The position numbers were made by a program, and so were the translations under genes. 64,000 nucleotides of DNA from Eledone cirrhosa (taxonomy: Eukaryota). Location of the stretch: assembly GCA_964016885.1 (NCBI GenBank), contig OZ024740.1, positions 419,988,001 to 420,052,000 on the forward strand, in the 5' to 3' direction. This document shows positions 12,701 to 27,700 of this stretch, one piece after another. Every line of letters starts with the position of its first letter. The first letter of the stretch is position 1. The notes below the pieces were generated by a model, which was given only the letters and a program-made list of their open reading frames with translations, did not search any database and was not told the origin of the DNA.

Positions 12701-15700
12701 TAGTGCACATTATAGTTTTAACTGCTAAAGGGTTAAGACATCATATATATATAGGACAGATTATAGTTTTAACTGCTAACGGGTTAAGACATCATATATA
12801 TAGGGCAGATTATAGTTTTAGCTGCTAAAGGGTTAAGACATCATATATATAGGACAGATTATAGTTTTAAACCCTAAAGGGTTAAGACATATATATAGGA
12901 CAGATTATAGTTTTAACAGTTAAAGGGTTAAGACATCATATATATAGAACAGATTATAATTTTAACTGCTAAAGGGTTAAGACATCATATATATAGGTCA
13001 GATTATAGTTTTCACTGCTAAAGGGTTAAGACATCATATATATAGGACAGATTATAGTTTTAACTGCTAAAGGGTTAAGACATCATATATATAGGACAGA
13101 TTATAGTTTTAACTGCTAAATGGTTAGTTAAGACATCATATATATAGGACAGATTATAGTTTTAACTGCTAAAGGGTTAAGACATCATATATATAGGACA
13201 GATTATAGTTTTAACTGTTAAAGGGTTAAGGCATCATATATATAGGACAGATTATAGTTTTAGCTCCTAAAGGGTTAAGACATCATATATATAGGACAGA
13301 TTATAGTTTTCACTGCTAAAGGGTTAAAACACCAAATATATAGTGCAGATTATAGTTTTAACTGCTAAAGGCTTAAGACATCCTATATATAGGACAGATT
13401 ATAGTTTTAACTGCTAAAGGGTTAAGATATCATATATATAGGACAGATCATAATTTTAACTGTTAAAGGGTTAAGACATCATATATATAGGACAGATTAT
13501 AGTTTTAACTACTAAAGGGTTAAGACATCATATATATAGGACAGATTATAGTTTTAACTGCTAAAGGGTTAAGACATCATATATATAGGACGGATTATAG
13601 TTTTAACTGTTAAAGGGTTAAGACATCATATATATAGGACAGATTATAGTTTTAACTGCTAAAGGGTTAAGACATCATATATATAGGGCAGATTATAGTT
13701 TTAACTGCTAAAGGGTTAAGACATCATATATATAGGACAGATTATAGTTTTAACTGTTAAAGGCTTAAGACATCATATATAAAGGACAGATTATAGTGTT
13801 CACTGCTAAAGGGTTAAGACATCATATATATAGGGCAGATTATAGTTTTAACTGCTAAAGGGTTAAGACATCATATATATAGTGCAGATTATAGTTTTAG
13901 CTGCTAAAGGGTTAATACATCATATATATAGGACAGATTATAGTTTTAACCCCTAAAGGGTTAAAACATCATATATATAGGACAGATTATAGTTTTAACT
14001 GTTAAAGGATTAAGACATCAAATATATAGGACAGATTATAGTTTTAACTGCTAAAGGGTTAAGACATCATATATATAGTGCACATTATAGTTTTAACTGC
14101 TAAAGGGTTAAGACATCATATATATATAGGACAGATTATAGTTTTAACTGCTAAAGGGTTAAGACATCATATATATAGGGCAGATTATAGTTTCAGCTGC
14201 TAAAGGGTTAAGACATCATATATATAGGACAGATTATAGTTTTAACTGTTAAAGGGTTAAGACATCATATATATAGGACAGATTATAGTTTTAAACCCTG
14301 AAGGGTTAAGACATATATATATAGGACAGATTATAGTTTTAACAGTTAAAGGGTTAAGACATCATATATATAGAACAGATTATAATTTTAACTGCTAAAG
14401 GGTTAAGACATCATATATATAGGACAGATTATAGTTTTAACTGCTAAATGGTTAGTTAAGACATCATATATATAGGACAGATTATAGTTTTAACTACTAA
14501 AGGGTTAAGACATCATATATATAGGACAGATTATAGTTTTAACTGTTAAAGGGTTAAGACATCATATATATAGGACAGATTATAGTTTTAACTGCTAAAG
14601 GGTTAGTTAAGACATCATATATATAGGGCAGATTATAGTTTTAACTTCTAAAGGCTTAAGACATTATATATATAGGACAGATTATAGTTTTAACTGCTAA
14701 AGGGTTAGTTAAGACATCATATATATAGGGCAGATTATAGTTTTAACTTCTAAAGGGTTAAGACATCATATATATAGGACAGATTATAGTTTTAACTGTT
14801 AAAGGATTAAGACATCATATATATAGTGCAGATTATAGTTTTAACTGCTAAAGGGTTAAGACATCATATATATAGGACAGATTATAGTTTTAACTGTTAA
14901 AGGGTTAAGACATCATATATATAGGACAGATAATAGTTTTAACTGCTAAAGGGTTAAGACATCATATATATAGTGCAGATTATAGTTTTAGCTGCTAAAG
15001 GGTTAATACATCTTATATATAGGACGGATTATAGTTTTAACCCCTAAAGGGTTAAGACATCATATATATAGGACAGATTATAGTTTTAACTGTTAAAGGA
15101 TTAAGACATCAAATATATAGGACAGATTATAGTTTTAACTGCTAAAGGGTTAAGACATCATATATATAGTGCAGATTATAGTTTTAGCTGCTAAAGGGTT
15201 AATACATCATATATATAGGACAGGTTATAGTTTTAACTGCTAAAGGGTTAAGACATCATATATATAGGACAGATTATAGTTTTAACTGTTAAAGGGTTAA
15301 GACATCATATATATAGGACAGATTATAGTTTTAACTGCTAAAGGGTTAAGACATCATATATATAGGACAGATTATAGTTTTAACTGTTAAAGGGTTAAGA
15401 CATCATATATATAGGACAGATTATAGTTTTAAACCCTAAAGGGTTAAGACATATATATATAGGACAGATTATAGTTTTAACAGTTAAAGGGTTAAGACAT
15501 CATATATATAGAACAGATTATAATTTTAACTGCTAAAGGGTTAAGACATCATATATATAGGACAGATTATAGTTTTAACTGCTAAATGGTTAGTTAAGAC
15601 ATCATATATATAGGACAGATTATAGTTTTAACTGCTAAATGGTTAAGACATCATATATATAGGACAGATTATAGTTTTAACTACTAAAGGGTTAAGACAT

Positions 15701-18700
15701 CATATATATAGGACAGATTATAGTTTTAACTGTTAAAGGGTTAAGACATCATATATATAGGACAGATTATAGTTTTAACTGCTAAAGGGTTAGTTAAGAC
15801 ATCATATATATAGGGCAGATTATAGTTTTAACTTCTAAAGGGTTAAGACATCATATATATAGGACAGATTATAGTTTTAACTGTTAAAGGATTAAGACAT
15901 CATATATATAGTGCAGATTATAGTTTTAACTGCTAAAGGGTTAAGACATATATATAGGACAGATTATAGTTTTAACTGTTAAAGGGTTAAGACATCATAT
16001 ATATAGGACAGATAATAGTTTTAACTGCTAAAGGGTTAAGACATCATATATATAGTGCAGATTATAGTTTTAGCTGCTAAAGGGTTAATACATCTTATAT
16101 ATAGGACGGATTATAGTTTTAACCCCTAAAGGGTTAAGACATCATATATATAGGACAGATTATAGTTTTAACTGTTAAAGGATTAAGACATCAAATATAT
16201 AGGACAGGTTATAGTTTTAACTGCTAAAGGGTTAAGACATCATATATATAGGACAGGTTATAGTTTTAACTGTTAAAGGGTTAAGACATCATGTATATCG
16301 GACAGATTATAGTTTTAACTGCTAAGGGGTTAAAACATCATATATATAGGACAGATTATAGTTTTAACTGCGAAAGGGTTAAGACATCATATATATAGGA
16401 CAGATTATAGTTTTAACTGCTAAAGGGTTAAGACAACATATATATAGGGCAGATTATAGTTTTAACCGCTAAAGGGTTAAGACATCATATATATAGGACG
16501 GATTATAGTTTTAACTGTTAAAGGGTTATGACATCATATATATAGGACAGATTATAGTTTTAACTGCTAAAGGGTTAAGACATCATATATATAGGACAGA
16601 TTATAGTTTTAACTGTTAAAGGGTTAAGACATCATATATATAGGACAGATTATAGTTTTAACTGCTAAAGGGTTAAGACATCATATATATAGCGCAGATT
16701 ATAGTTTTAACTGCTAAAGGGTTAAGACATCATATATATAGGACAGATTATAGTTTTAACTGTTAAAGGGTTAAGACATCATATATAAAGGACAGATTAT
16801 AGTTTTCACTGCTAAACGGTTAAGATATCATATATATAGGGCAGATTATAGTTTTAACTGCTAAAGGGTTAATACATCATATATATAGGACAGATTATAG
16901 TTTTAACCCCTAAAGGGTTAAGACATCATATATATAGGACAGATTATAGTTTTAACTGTTAAAGGATTAAATATAGGACAGATTATAGTTTTAACTGCTA
17001 AAGGGTTAAGACATCATATATATAGTGCACATTATAGTTTTAACTGCTAAAGGGTTAAGACATCATATATATATAGGACAGATTATAGTTTTAACTGCTA
17101 AAGGGTTAAGACATCATATATATAGGACAGATTATAGTTTTAACTGTTAAAGGGTTAAGACATCATATATATAGGACAGATTATAGTTTTAACTGCTAAA
17201 GGGTTAAGACATCATATATATAGCGCAGATTATAGTTTTAACTGCTAAAGGGTTAAGACATCATATATATAGGACAGATTATAGTTTTAACTGTTAAAGG
17301 GTTAAGACATCATATATAAAGGACAGATTATAGTTTTAACAGTTAAAGGGTTAAGACATCATATATATAGAACAGATTATAATTTTAACTGCTAAAGGGT
17401 TAAGACATCATATATATAGGTCAGATTATAGTTTTCACTGCTAAAGGGTTAAGACATCATATATATAGGACAGATTATAGTTTTAACTGCTAAAGGGTTA
17501 AGACATCATATATATAGGACAGATTATAGTTTTAACTGCTAAAGGGTTAAGACATCATATATATAGGACAGATTATAGTTTTAACTGTTAAAGGGTTAAG
17601 GCATCATATATATAGGACAGATTATAGTTTTAGCTCCTAAAGGGTTAAGACATCATATATATAGGACAGATTATAGTTTTCACTGCTAAAGGGTTAAAAC
17701 ACCAAATATATAGTGCAGATTATAGTTTTAACTGCTAAAGGCTTAAGACATCCTATATATAGGACAGATTATAGTTTTAACTGCTAAAGGGTTAAGATAT
17801 CATATATATAGGACAGATCATAATTTTAACTGTTAAAGGGTTAAGACATCATATATATAGGACAGATTATAGTTTTAACTACTAAAGGGTTAAGACATCA
17901 TATATATAGGACAGATTATAGTTTTAACTGCTAAAGGGTTAAGACATCATATATATAGGACGGATTATAGTTTTAACTGTTAAAGGGTTAAGACATCATA
18001 TATATAGGACAGATTATAGTTTTAACTGCTAAAGGGTTAAGACATCATATATATAGGGCAGATTATAGTTTTAACTGCTAAAGGGTTAAGACATCATATA
18101 TATAGGACAGATTATAGTTTTAACTGTTAAAGGGTTAAGACATCATATATATAGGACAGGTTATAGTTTTAACTGTTAAAGGGTTAAGACATCATGTATA
18201 TCGGACAGATTATAGTTTTAACTGCTAAAGGGTTAAAACATCATATATATAGGACAGATTATAGTTTTAACTGCTAAAGGGTTAAGACAACATATATATA
18301 GGGCAGATTATAGTTTTAACTGCTAAAGGGTTAAGACATCATATATATAGGACAGATTATAGTTTAAACTGTTAAAGGGTTAAGACATCATATATATAGG
18401 ACAGATTATAGTTTTAACTGCTAAAGGGTTAAGACATCATATATATAGGACAGATTATAGTTTTAACTGTTAAAGGGTTAAGACATCATATATATAGGAC
18501 AGATTATAGTTTTAACTGCTAAAGGGTTAAGACATCATATATATAGGGCAGATTATAGTTTTAACTGCTAAAGGGTTAAGACATCATATATATAGGACAG
18601 ATTATAGTTTTAACTGTTAAAGGGTTAAGACATCATATATAAAGGTTAGTTAAGACATCATATATATAGGGCAGATTATAGTTTTAACTTCTAAAGGGTT

Positions 18701-21700
18701 AAGACATCATATATATAGGACAGATTATAGTTTTAACTGTTAAAGGATTAAGACATCATATATATAGTGCAGATTATACTTTTAACTGCTAAAGGGTTAA
18801 GACATCATATATATAGGACAGATTATAGTTTTAACTGTTAAAGGGTTAAGACATCATATATATAGGACAGATAATAGTTTTAACTGCTAAAGGGTTAAGA
18901 CATCATATATATAGTGCAGATTATAGTTTTAGCTGCTAAAGGGTTAATACATCTTATATATAGGACGGATTATAGTTTTAACCCCTAAAGGGTTAAGACA
19001 TCATATATATAGGACAGATTATAGTTTTAACTGTTAAAGGATTAAGACATCAAATATATAGGACTGGTTATAGTTTTAACTGCTAAAGGGTTAAGACATC
19101 ATATATATAGGACAGGTTATAGTTTTAACTGTTAAAGGGTTAAGACATCATGTATATCGGACAGATTATAGTTTTAACTGCTAAAGGGTTAAAACATCAT
19201 ATATATAGGACAGATTATAGTTTTAACTGCGAAAGGGTTAAGACATCATATATATAGGACAGATTATAGTTTTAACTGCTAAAGGGTTAAGACAACATAT
19301 ATATAGGGCAGATTATAGTTTTAACTGCTAAAGGGTTAAGACATCATATATATAGGACGGATTATAGTTTTAACTGTTAAAGGGTTAAGACATCATATAT
19401 ATAGGACAGATTATAGTTTTAACTGCTAAAGGGTTAAGACATCATATATATAGGACAGATTATAGTTTTAACTGTTAAAGGGTTAAGACATCATATATAT
19501 AGGACAGATTATAGTTTTAACTTCTAAAGGGTTAAGACATCATATATATAGGGCAGATTATAGTTTTAACTGCTAAAGGGTTAAGACATCATATATATAG
19601 GACAGATTATAGTTTTAACTGTTAAAGGGTTAAGACATCATATATAAAGGACAGATTATAGTTTTCACTGCTAAACGGTTAAGACATCATATATATAGGG
19701 CAGATTATAGTTTTAACTGCTAAAGGGTTAATACATCATATATATAGGACAGATTATAGTTTTAACCCCTAAAGGGTTAAGACATCATATATACAGGACA
19801 GATTATAGTTTTAACTGTTAAAGGATTAAATATAGGACAGATTATAGTTTTAACTGCTAAAGGGTTAAGACATCATATATATAGTGCACATTATAGTTTT
19901 AACTGCTAAAGGGTTAAGACATCATATATATATAGGACAGATTATAGTTTTAACTGCTAACGGGTTAAGACATCATATATATAGGGCAGATTATAGTTTT
20001 AGCTGCTAAAGGGTTAAGACATCATATATATAGGACAGATTATAGTTTTAAACCCTAAAGGGTTAAGACATATATATAGGACAGATTATAGTTTTAACAG
20101 TTAAAGGGTTAAGACATCATATATATAGAACAGATTATAATTTTAACTGCTAAAGGGTTAAGACATCATATATATAGGTCAGATTATAGTTTTCACTGCT
20201 AAAGGGTTAAGACATCATATATATAGGACAGATTATAGTTTTAACTGCTAAAGGGTTAAGACATCATATATATAGGACAGATTATAGTTTTAACTGCTAA
20301 ATGGTTAGTTAAGACATCATATATATAGGACAGATTATAGTTTTAACTGCTAAAGGGTTAAGACATCATATATATAGGACAGATTATAGTTTTAACTGTT
20401 AAAGGGTTAAGGCATCATATATATAGGACAGATTATAGTTTTAGCTCCTAAAGGGTTAAGACATCATATATATAGGACAGATTATAGTTTTCACTGCTAA
20501 AGGGTTAAAACACCAAATATATAGTGCAGATTATAGTTTTAACTGCTAAAGGCTTAAGACATCCTATATATAGGACAGATTATAGTTTTAACTGCTAAAG
20601 GGTTAAGATATCATATATATAGGACAGATCATAATTTTAACTGTTAAAGGGTTAAGACATCATATATATAGGACAGATTATAGTTTTAACTGCTAAAGGG
20701 TTAAGACATCATATATATAGGGCAGATTATAGTTTTAACTGCTAAAGGGTTAAGACATCATATATATAGGACAGATTATAGTTTTAACTGTTAAAGGCTT
20801 AAGACATCATATATAAAGGACAGATTATAGTGTTCACTGCTAAAGGGTTAAGACATCATATATATAGGGCAGATTATAGTTTTAACTGCTAAAGGGTTAA
20901 GACATCATATATATAGTGCAGATTATAGTTTTAGCTGCTAAAGGGTTAATACATCATATATATAGGACAGATTATAGTTTTAACCCCTAAAGGGTTAAAA
21001 CATCATATATATAGGACAGATTATAGTTTTAACTGTTAAAGGATTAAGACATCAAATATATAGGACAGATTATAGTTTTAACTGCTAAAGGGTTAAGACA
21101 TCATATATATAGTGCACATTATAGTTTTAACTGCTAAAGGGTTAAGACATCATATATATATAGGACAGATTATAGTTTTAACTGCTAAAGGGTTAAGACA
21201 TCATATATATAGGGCAGATTATAGTTTCAGCTGCTAAAGGGTTAAGACATCATATATATAGGACAGATTATAGTTTTAACTGTTAAAGGGTTAAGACATC
21301 ATATATATAGGACAGATTATAGTTTTAAACCCTGAAGGGTTAAGACATATATATATAGGACAGATTATAGTTTTAACAGTTAAAGGGTTAAGACATCATA
21401 TATATAGAACAGATTATAATTTTAACTGCTAAAGGGTTAATACATCATATATATAGGACAGATTATAGTTTTAACTGCTAAATGGTTAGTTAAGACATCA
21501 TATATATAGGACAGATTATAGTTTTAACTACTAAAGGGTTAAGACATCATATATATAGGACAGATTATAGTTTTAACTGTTAAAGGGTTAAGACATCATA
21601 TATATAGGACAGATTATAGTTTTAACTGCTAAAGGGTTAGTTAAGACATCATATATATAGGGCAGATTATAGTTTTAACTTCTAAAGGCTTAAGACATTA

Positions 21701-24700
21701 TATATATAGGACAGATTATAGTTTTAACTGCTAAAGGGTTAGTTAAGACATCATATATATAGGGCAGATTATAGTTTTAACTTCTAAAGGCTTAAGACAT
21801 TATATATATAGGACAGATTATAGTTTTAACTGCTAAAGGGTTAGTTAAGACATCATATATATAGGACAGATTATAGTTTTAACTGTTAAAGGATTAAGAC
21901 ATCATATATATAGTGCAGATTATAGTTTTAACTGCTAAAGGGTTAAGACATCATATATATAGGACAGATTATAGTTTTAACTGTTAAAGGGTTAAGACAT
22001 CATATATATAGGACAGATAATAGTTTTAACTGCTAAAGGGTTAAGACATCATATATATAGTGCAGATTATAGTTTTAGCTGCTAAAGGGTTAATACATCT
22101 TATATATAGGACGGATTATAGTTTTAACCCCTAAAGGGTTAAGACATCATATATATAGGACAGATTATAGTTTTAACTGTTAAAGGATTAAGACATCAAA
22201 TATATAGGACAGATTATAGTTTTAACTGCTAAAGGGTTAAGACATCATATATATAGTGCAGATTATAGTTTTAGCTGCTAAAGGGTTAATACATCATATA
22301 TATAGGACAGGTTATAGTTTTAACTGCTAAAGGGTTAAGACATCATATATATAGGACAGATTATAGTTTTAACTGTTAAAGGGTTAAGACATCATATATA
22401 TAGGACAGATTATAGTTTTAACTGCTAAAGGGTTAAGACATCATATATATAGGGCAGATTATAGTTTTAACTGCTAAAGGGTTAAGACATCATATATATA
22501 GGACAGATTATAGTTTTAACTGTTAAAGGGTTAAGACATCATATATAAAGGACAGATTATAGTTTTCACTGCTAAAGGGTTAAGACATCATATATATAGG
22601 GCAGATTATAGTTTTAACTGCTAAAGGGTTAATACATCATATATATAGGACAGATTATAGTTTTAACCCCTAAAGGGTTAAGACATCATATATATAGGAC
22701 AGATTATAGTTTTAACTGTTGAAGGATTAAATATAGGACAGATTATAGTTTTAACTGCTAAAGGGTTAAGACATCATATATATAGTGCACATTATAGTTT
22801 TAACTGCTAAAGGGTTAAGACATCATATATATATAGGACAGATTATAGTTTTAACTGCTAAAGGGTTAAGACATCATATATATAGGGCAGATTATAGTTT
22901 TAGCTGCTAAAGGGTTAAGACATCATATATATAGGACAGATTATAGTTTTAACTGTTAAAGGGTTAAGACATCATATATATATAGGACAGATTATAGTTT
23001 TAAACCCTAAAGGGTTAAGACATATATATAGGACAGATTATAGTTTTAACAGTTAAAGGGTTAAGACATCATATATATAGAACAGATTATGATTTTAACT
23101 GCTAAAGGGTTAAGACATCATATATATAGGTCAGATTATAGTTTTCACTGCTAAAGGGTTAAGACATCATATATATAGGACAGATTATAGTTTTAACTGC
23201 TAAAGGGTTAAGACATCATATATATAGGACAGATTATAGTTTTAACTGCTAAATGGTTAGTTAAGACATCATATATATAGGACAGATTATAGTTTTAACT
23301 GCTAAAGGGTTAAGACATCATATATATAGGACAGATTATAGTTTTAACTGTTAAAGGGTTAAGACATCATATATATAGGACAGATTATAGTTTTAGCTGC
23401 TAAAGGGTTAAGACATCATATATATAGGACAGATTATAGTTTTCACTGCTAAAGGGTTAAAACACCAAATATATAGTGCAGATTATAGTTTTAACTGCTA
23501 AAGGCTTAAGACATCCTATATATAGGACAGATTATAGTTTTAACTGCTAAAGGGTTAAGATATCATATATATAGGACAGATCATAATTTTAACTGTTAAA
23601 GGGTTAAGACATCATATATATAGGACAGATTATAGTTTTAACTACTAAAGGGTTAAGACATCATATATATAGGACAGATTATAGTTTTAACTGCTAAAGG
23701 GTTAAGACATCATATATATAGGACGGATTATAGTTTTAACTGTTAAAGGGTTAAGACATCATATATATAGGACAGATTATAGTTTTAACTGCTAAAGGGT
23801 TAAGACATCATATATATAGGGCAGATTATAGTTTTAACTGCTAAAGGGTTAAGACATCATATATATAGGACAGATTATAGATTTAACTGTTAAAGGGTTA
23901 AGACATCATATATAAAGGACAGATTATAGTTTTCACTGCTAAAGGGTTAAGACATCATATATATAGGGCAGATTATAGTTTTAACTGCTAAAGGGTTAAT
24001 ACATCATATATATAGGACAGATTATAGTTTTAACCCCTAAAGGGTTAAGACATCATATATATAGGACAGATTATAGTTTTAATTGTTAAAGGATTAAATA
24101 TAGGACAGATTATAGTTTTAACTGCTAAAGGGTTAAGACATCATATATATAGTGCACATTATAGTTTTAACTGCTAAAGGGTTAAGACATCATATATATA
24201 TAGGACAGATTATAGTTTTAACTGCTAAAGGGTTAAGACATCATATATATAGGGCAGATTATAGTTTTAGCTGCTAAAGGGTTAAGACATCATATATATA
24301 GGACAGATTATAGTTTTAACTGTTAAAGGGTTAAGACATCATATATATATAGGACAGATTATAGTTTTAAACCCTAAAGGGTTAAGACATATATATATAG
24401 GACAGATTATAATTTTAACAGTTAAAGGGTTAAGACATCATATATATAGAACAGATTATAATTTTAACTGCTAAAGGGTTAATACATCATATATATAGGT
24501 CAGATTATAGTTTTCACTGCTAAAGGGTTATGACATCATATATATAGGACAGATTATAGTTTTAACTGCTAAAGGGTTAAGACATCATATATATAGGACA
24601 GATTATAGTTTTAACTGCTAAATGGTTAGTTAAGACATCATATATATAGGACAGATTATAGTTTTAACTGCTAAAGGGTTAAGACATCATATATATAGGA

Positions 24701-27700
24701 CAGATTATATTTTAACTGCTAAAGGGTTAAGATATCATATATACAGGGCAGATTATAGTTTTAACTGTTAAAGGGTTAAGACATCATATATATAGAACAG
24801 ATTATAGTTTTAACTGTTAAAGGGTTAAGACATCATATATATAGTGCAGATTATAGTTTTAACTGCTAAAGGCTTAAGACATCATATATATACGACAGAT
24901 TATAGTTTTAACTGCTAAAGGGTTAAGACATCATATATATAGGACAGATTATAGTTTTAACTGCTAAAGGGTTAAGACATCATATATATAGGACAGATTA
25001 TAATTTTAACTGTTAAAGGGTTAAGACATCATATATATAGAACAGATTATAATTTTAACTGCTAAAGGGTTAAGACATCACACATATAGTGCAGATTATA
25101 GTTTTAACTGCTAAAAGCTTAAGACATCATATATATAGGACAGATTATAGTTTTAACTGCTAAAGGGTTAAGACATCATATATATAGGACAGATTATAGT
25201 TTTAACTGTTAAAGGGTTAAGACATCATATATATAGGACAGATTATAGTTTTAACTGCTAAAGGGTTAAGACATCATATATATAGGACAGATTATAGTTT
25301 TAACTGCTAAATGGTTAGTTAAGACATCATATATATAGGACAGATTATAGTTTTAACTGCTAAAGGGTTAAAACATCATATATATAGGACAGATTATAGT
25401 TTTAACTACAAAAGGGTTAAGACATCATATATATAGGACAGATTATAGTTTTAACTGCTAAAGGGTTAAGACATCATATATATAGGGCAGATTATAGTTT
25501 TAACTGCTAAAGGGTTAAGACATCATATATATCGGACAGATTATAGTTTTTACTGCTAAAGGGTTAGTTAAGACATCATATATATAGGGCAGATTATAGT
25601 TTTAACTTCTAAAGGCTTAAGACATTATATATATAGGACAGATTATAGTTTTAACTGCTAAAGGGTTAGTTAAGACATCATATATATAGGGCAGATTATA
25701 GTTTTAACTTCTAAAGGGTTAAGACATCATATATATAGGACAGATTATAGTTTTAACTGTTAAAGGATTAAGACATCATATATATTGTGCAGATTATAGT
25801 TTTAACTGCTAAAGGGTTAAGACATCATATATATAGGACAGATTATAGTTTTAACTGTTAAAGGGTTAAGACATCATATATATAGGACAGATAATAGTTT
25901 TAACTGCTAAAGGGTTAAGACATCATATATATAGTGCAGATTATAGTTTTAGCTGCTAAAGGGTTAATACATCTTATATATAGGACGGATTATAGTTTTA
26001 ACCCCTAAAGGGTTAAGACATCATATATATAGGACAGATTATAGTTTTAACTGTTAAAGGATTAAGACATCAAATATATAGGACAGATTATAGTTTTAAC
26101 TGCTAAAGGGTTAAGACATCATATATATAGTGCAGATTATAGTTTTAGCTGCTAAAGGGTTAATACATCATATATATAGGACAGGTTATAGTTTTAACTG
26201 CTAAAGGGTTAAGACATCATATATATAGGACAGATTATAGTTTTAACTGTTAAAGGGTTAAGACATCATATATATAGGACAGATTATAGTTTTAACTGCT
26301 AAAGGGTTAAGACATCATATATATAGGGCAGATTATAGTTTTAACTGCTAAAGGGTTAAGACATCATATATATAGGACAGATTATAGTTTTAACTGTTAA
26401 AGGGTTAAGACATCATATATAAAGGACAGATTATAGTTTTCACTGCTAAAGGGTTAAGACATCATATATATAGGGCAGATTATAGTTTTAACTGCTAAAG
26501 GGTTAATACATCATATATATAGGACAGATTATAGTTTTAACCCCTAAAGGGTTAAGACATCATATATATAGGACAGATTATAGTTTTAACTGTTGAAGGA
26601 TTAAATATAGGACAGATTATAGTTTTAACTGCTAAAGGGTTAAGACATCATATATATAGTGCACATTATAGTTTTAACTGCTAAAGGGTTAAGACATCAT
26701 ATATATATAGGACAGATTATAGTTTTAACTGCTAAAGGGTTAAGACATCATATATATAGGGCAGATTATAGTTTTAGCTGCTAAAGGGTTAAGACATCAT
26801 ATATATAGGACAGATTATAGTTTTAACTGTTAAAGGGTTAAGACATCATATATATATAGGACAGATTATAGTTTTAAACCCTAAAGGGTTAAGACATATA
26901 TATAGGACAGATTATAGTTTTAACAGTTAAAGGGTTAAGACATCATATATATAGAACAGATTATAATTTTAACTGCTAAAGGGTTAAGACATCATATATA
27001 TAGGTCAGATTATAGTTTTCACTGCTAAAGGGTTAAGACATCATATATATAGGACAGATTATAGTTTTAACTGCTAAAGGGTTAAGACATCATATATATA
27101 GGACAGATTATAGTTTTAACTGCTAAATGGTTAGTTAAGACATCATATATATAGGACAGATTATAGTTTTAACTGCTAAAGGGTTAAGACATCATATATA
27201 TAGGACAGATTATAGTTTTAACTGTTAAAGGGTTAAGACATCATATATATAGGACAGATTATAGTTTTAGCTGCTAAAGGGTTAAGACATCATATATATA
27301 GGACAGATTATAGTTTTCACTGCTAAAGGGTTAAAACACCAAATATATAGTGCAGATTATAGTTTTAACTGCTAAAGGCTTAAGACATCCTATATATAGG
27401 ACAGATTATAGTTTTAACTGCTAAAGGGTTAAGATATCATATATATAGGACAGATCATAATTTTAACTGTTAAAGGGTTAAGACATCATATATATAGGAC
27501 AGATTATAGTTTTAACTACTAAAGGGTTAAGACATCATATATATAGGACAGATTATAGTTTTAACTGCTAAAGGGTTAAGACATCATATATATAGGACAG
27601 ATTATAGTTTTAACTGCTAAAGGGTTAAGACATCATATATATAGGGCAGATTATAGTTTTAACTGCTAAAGGGTTAAGACATCATATATATAGGACAGAT

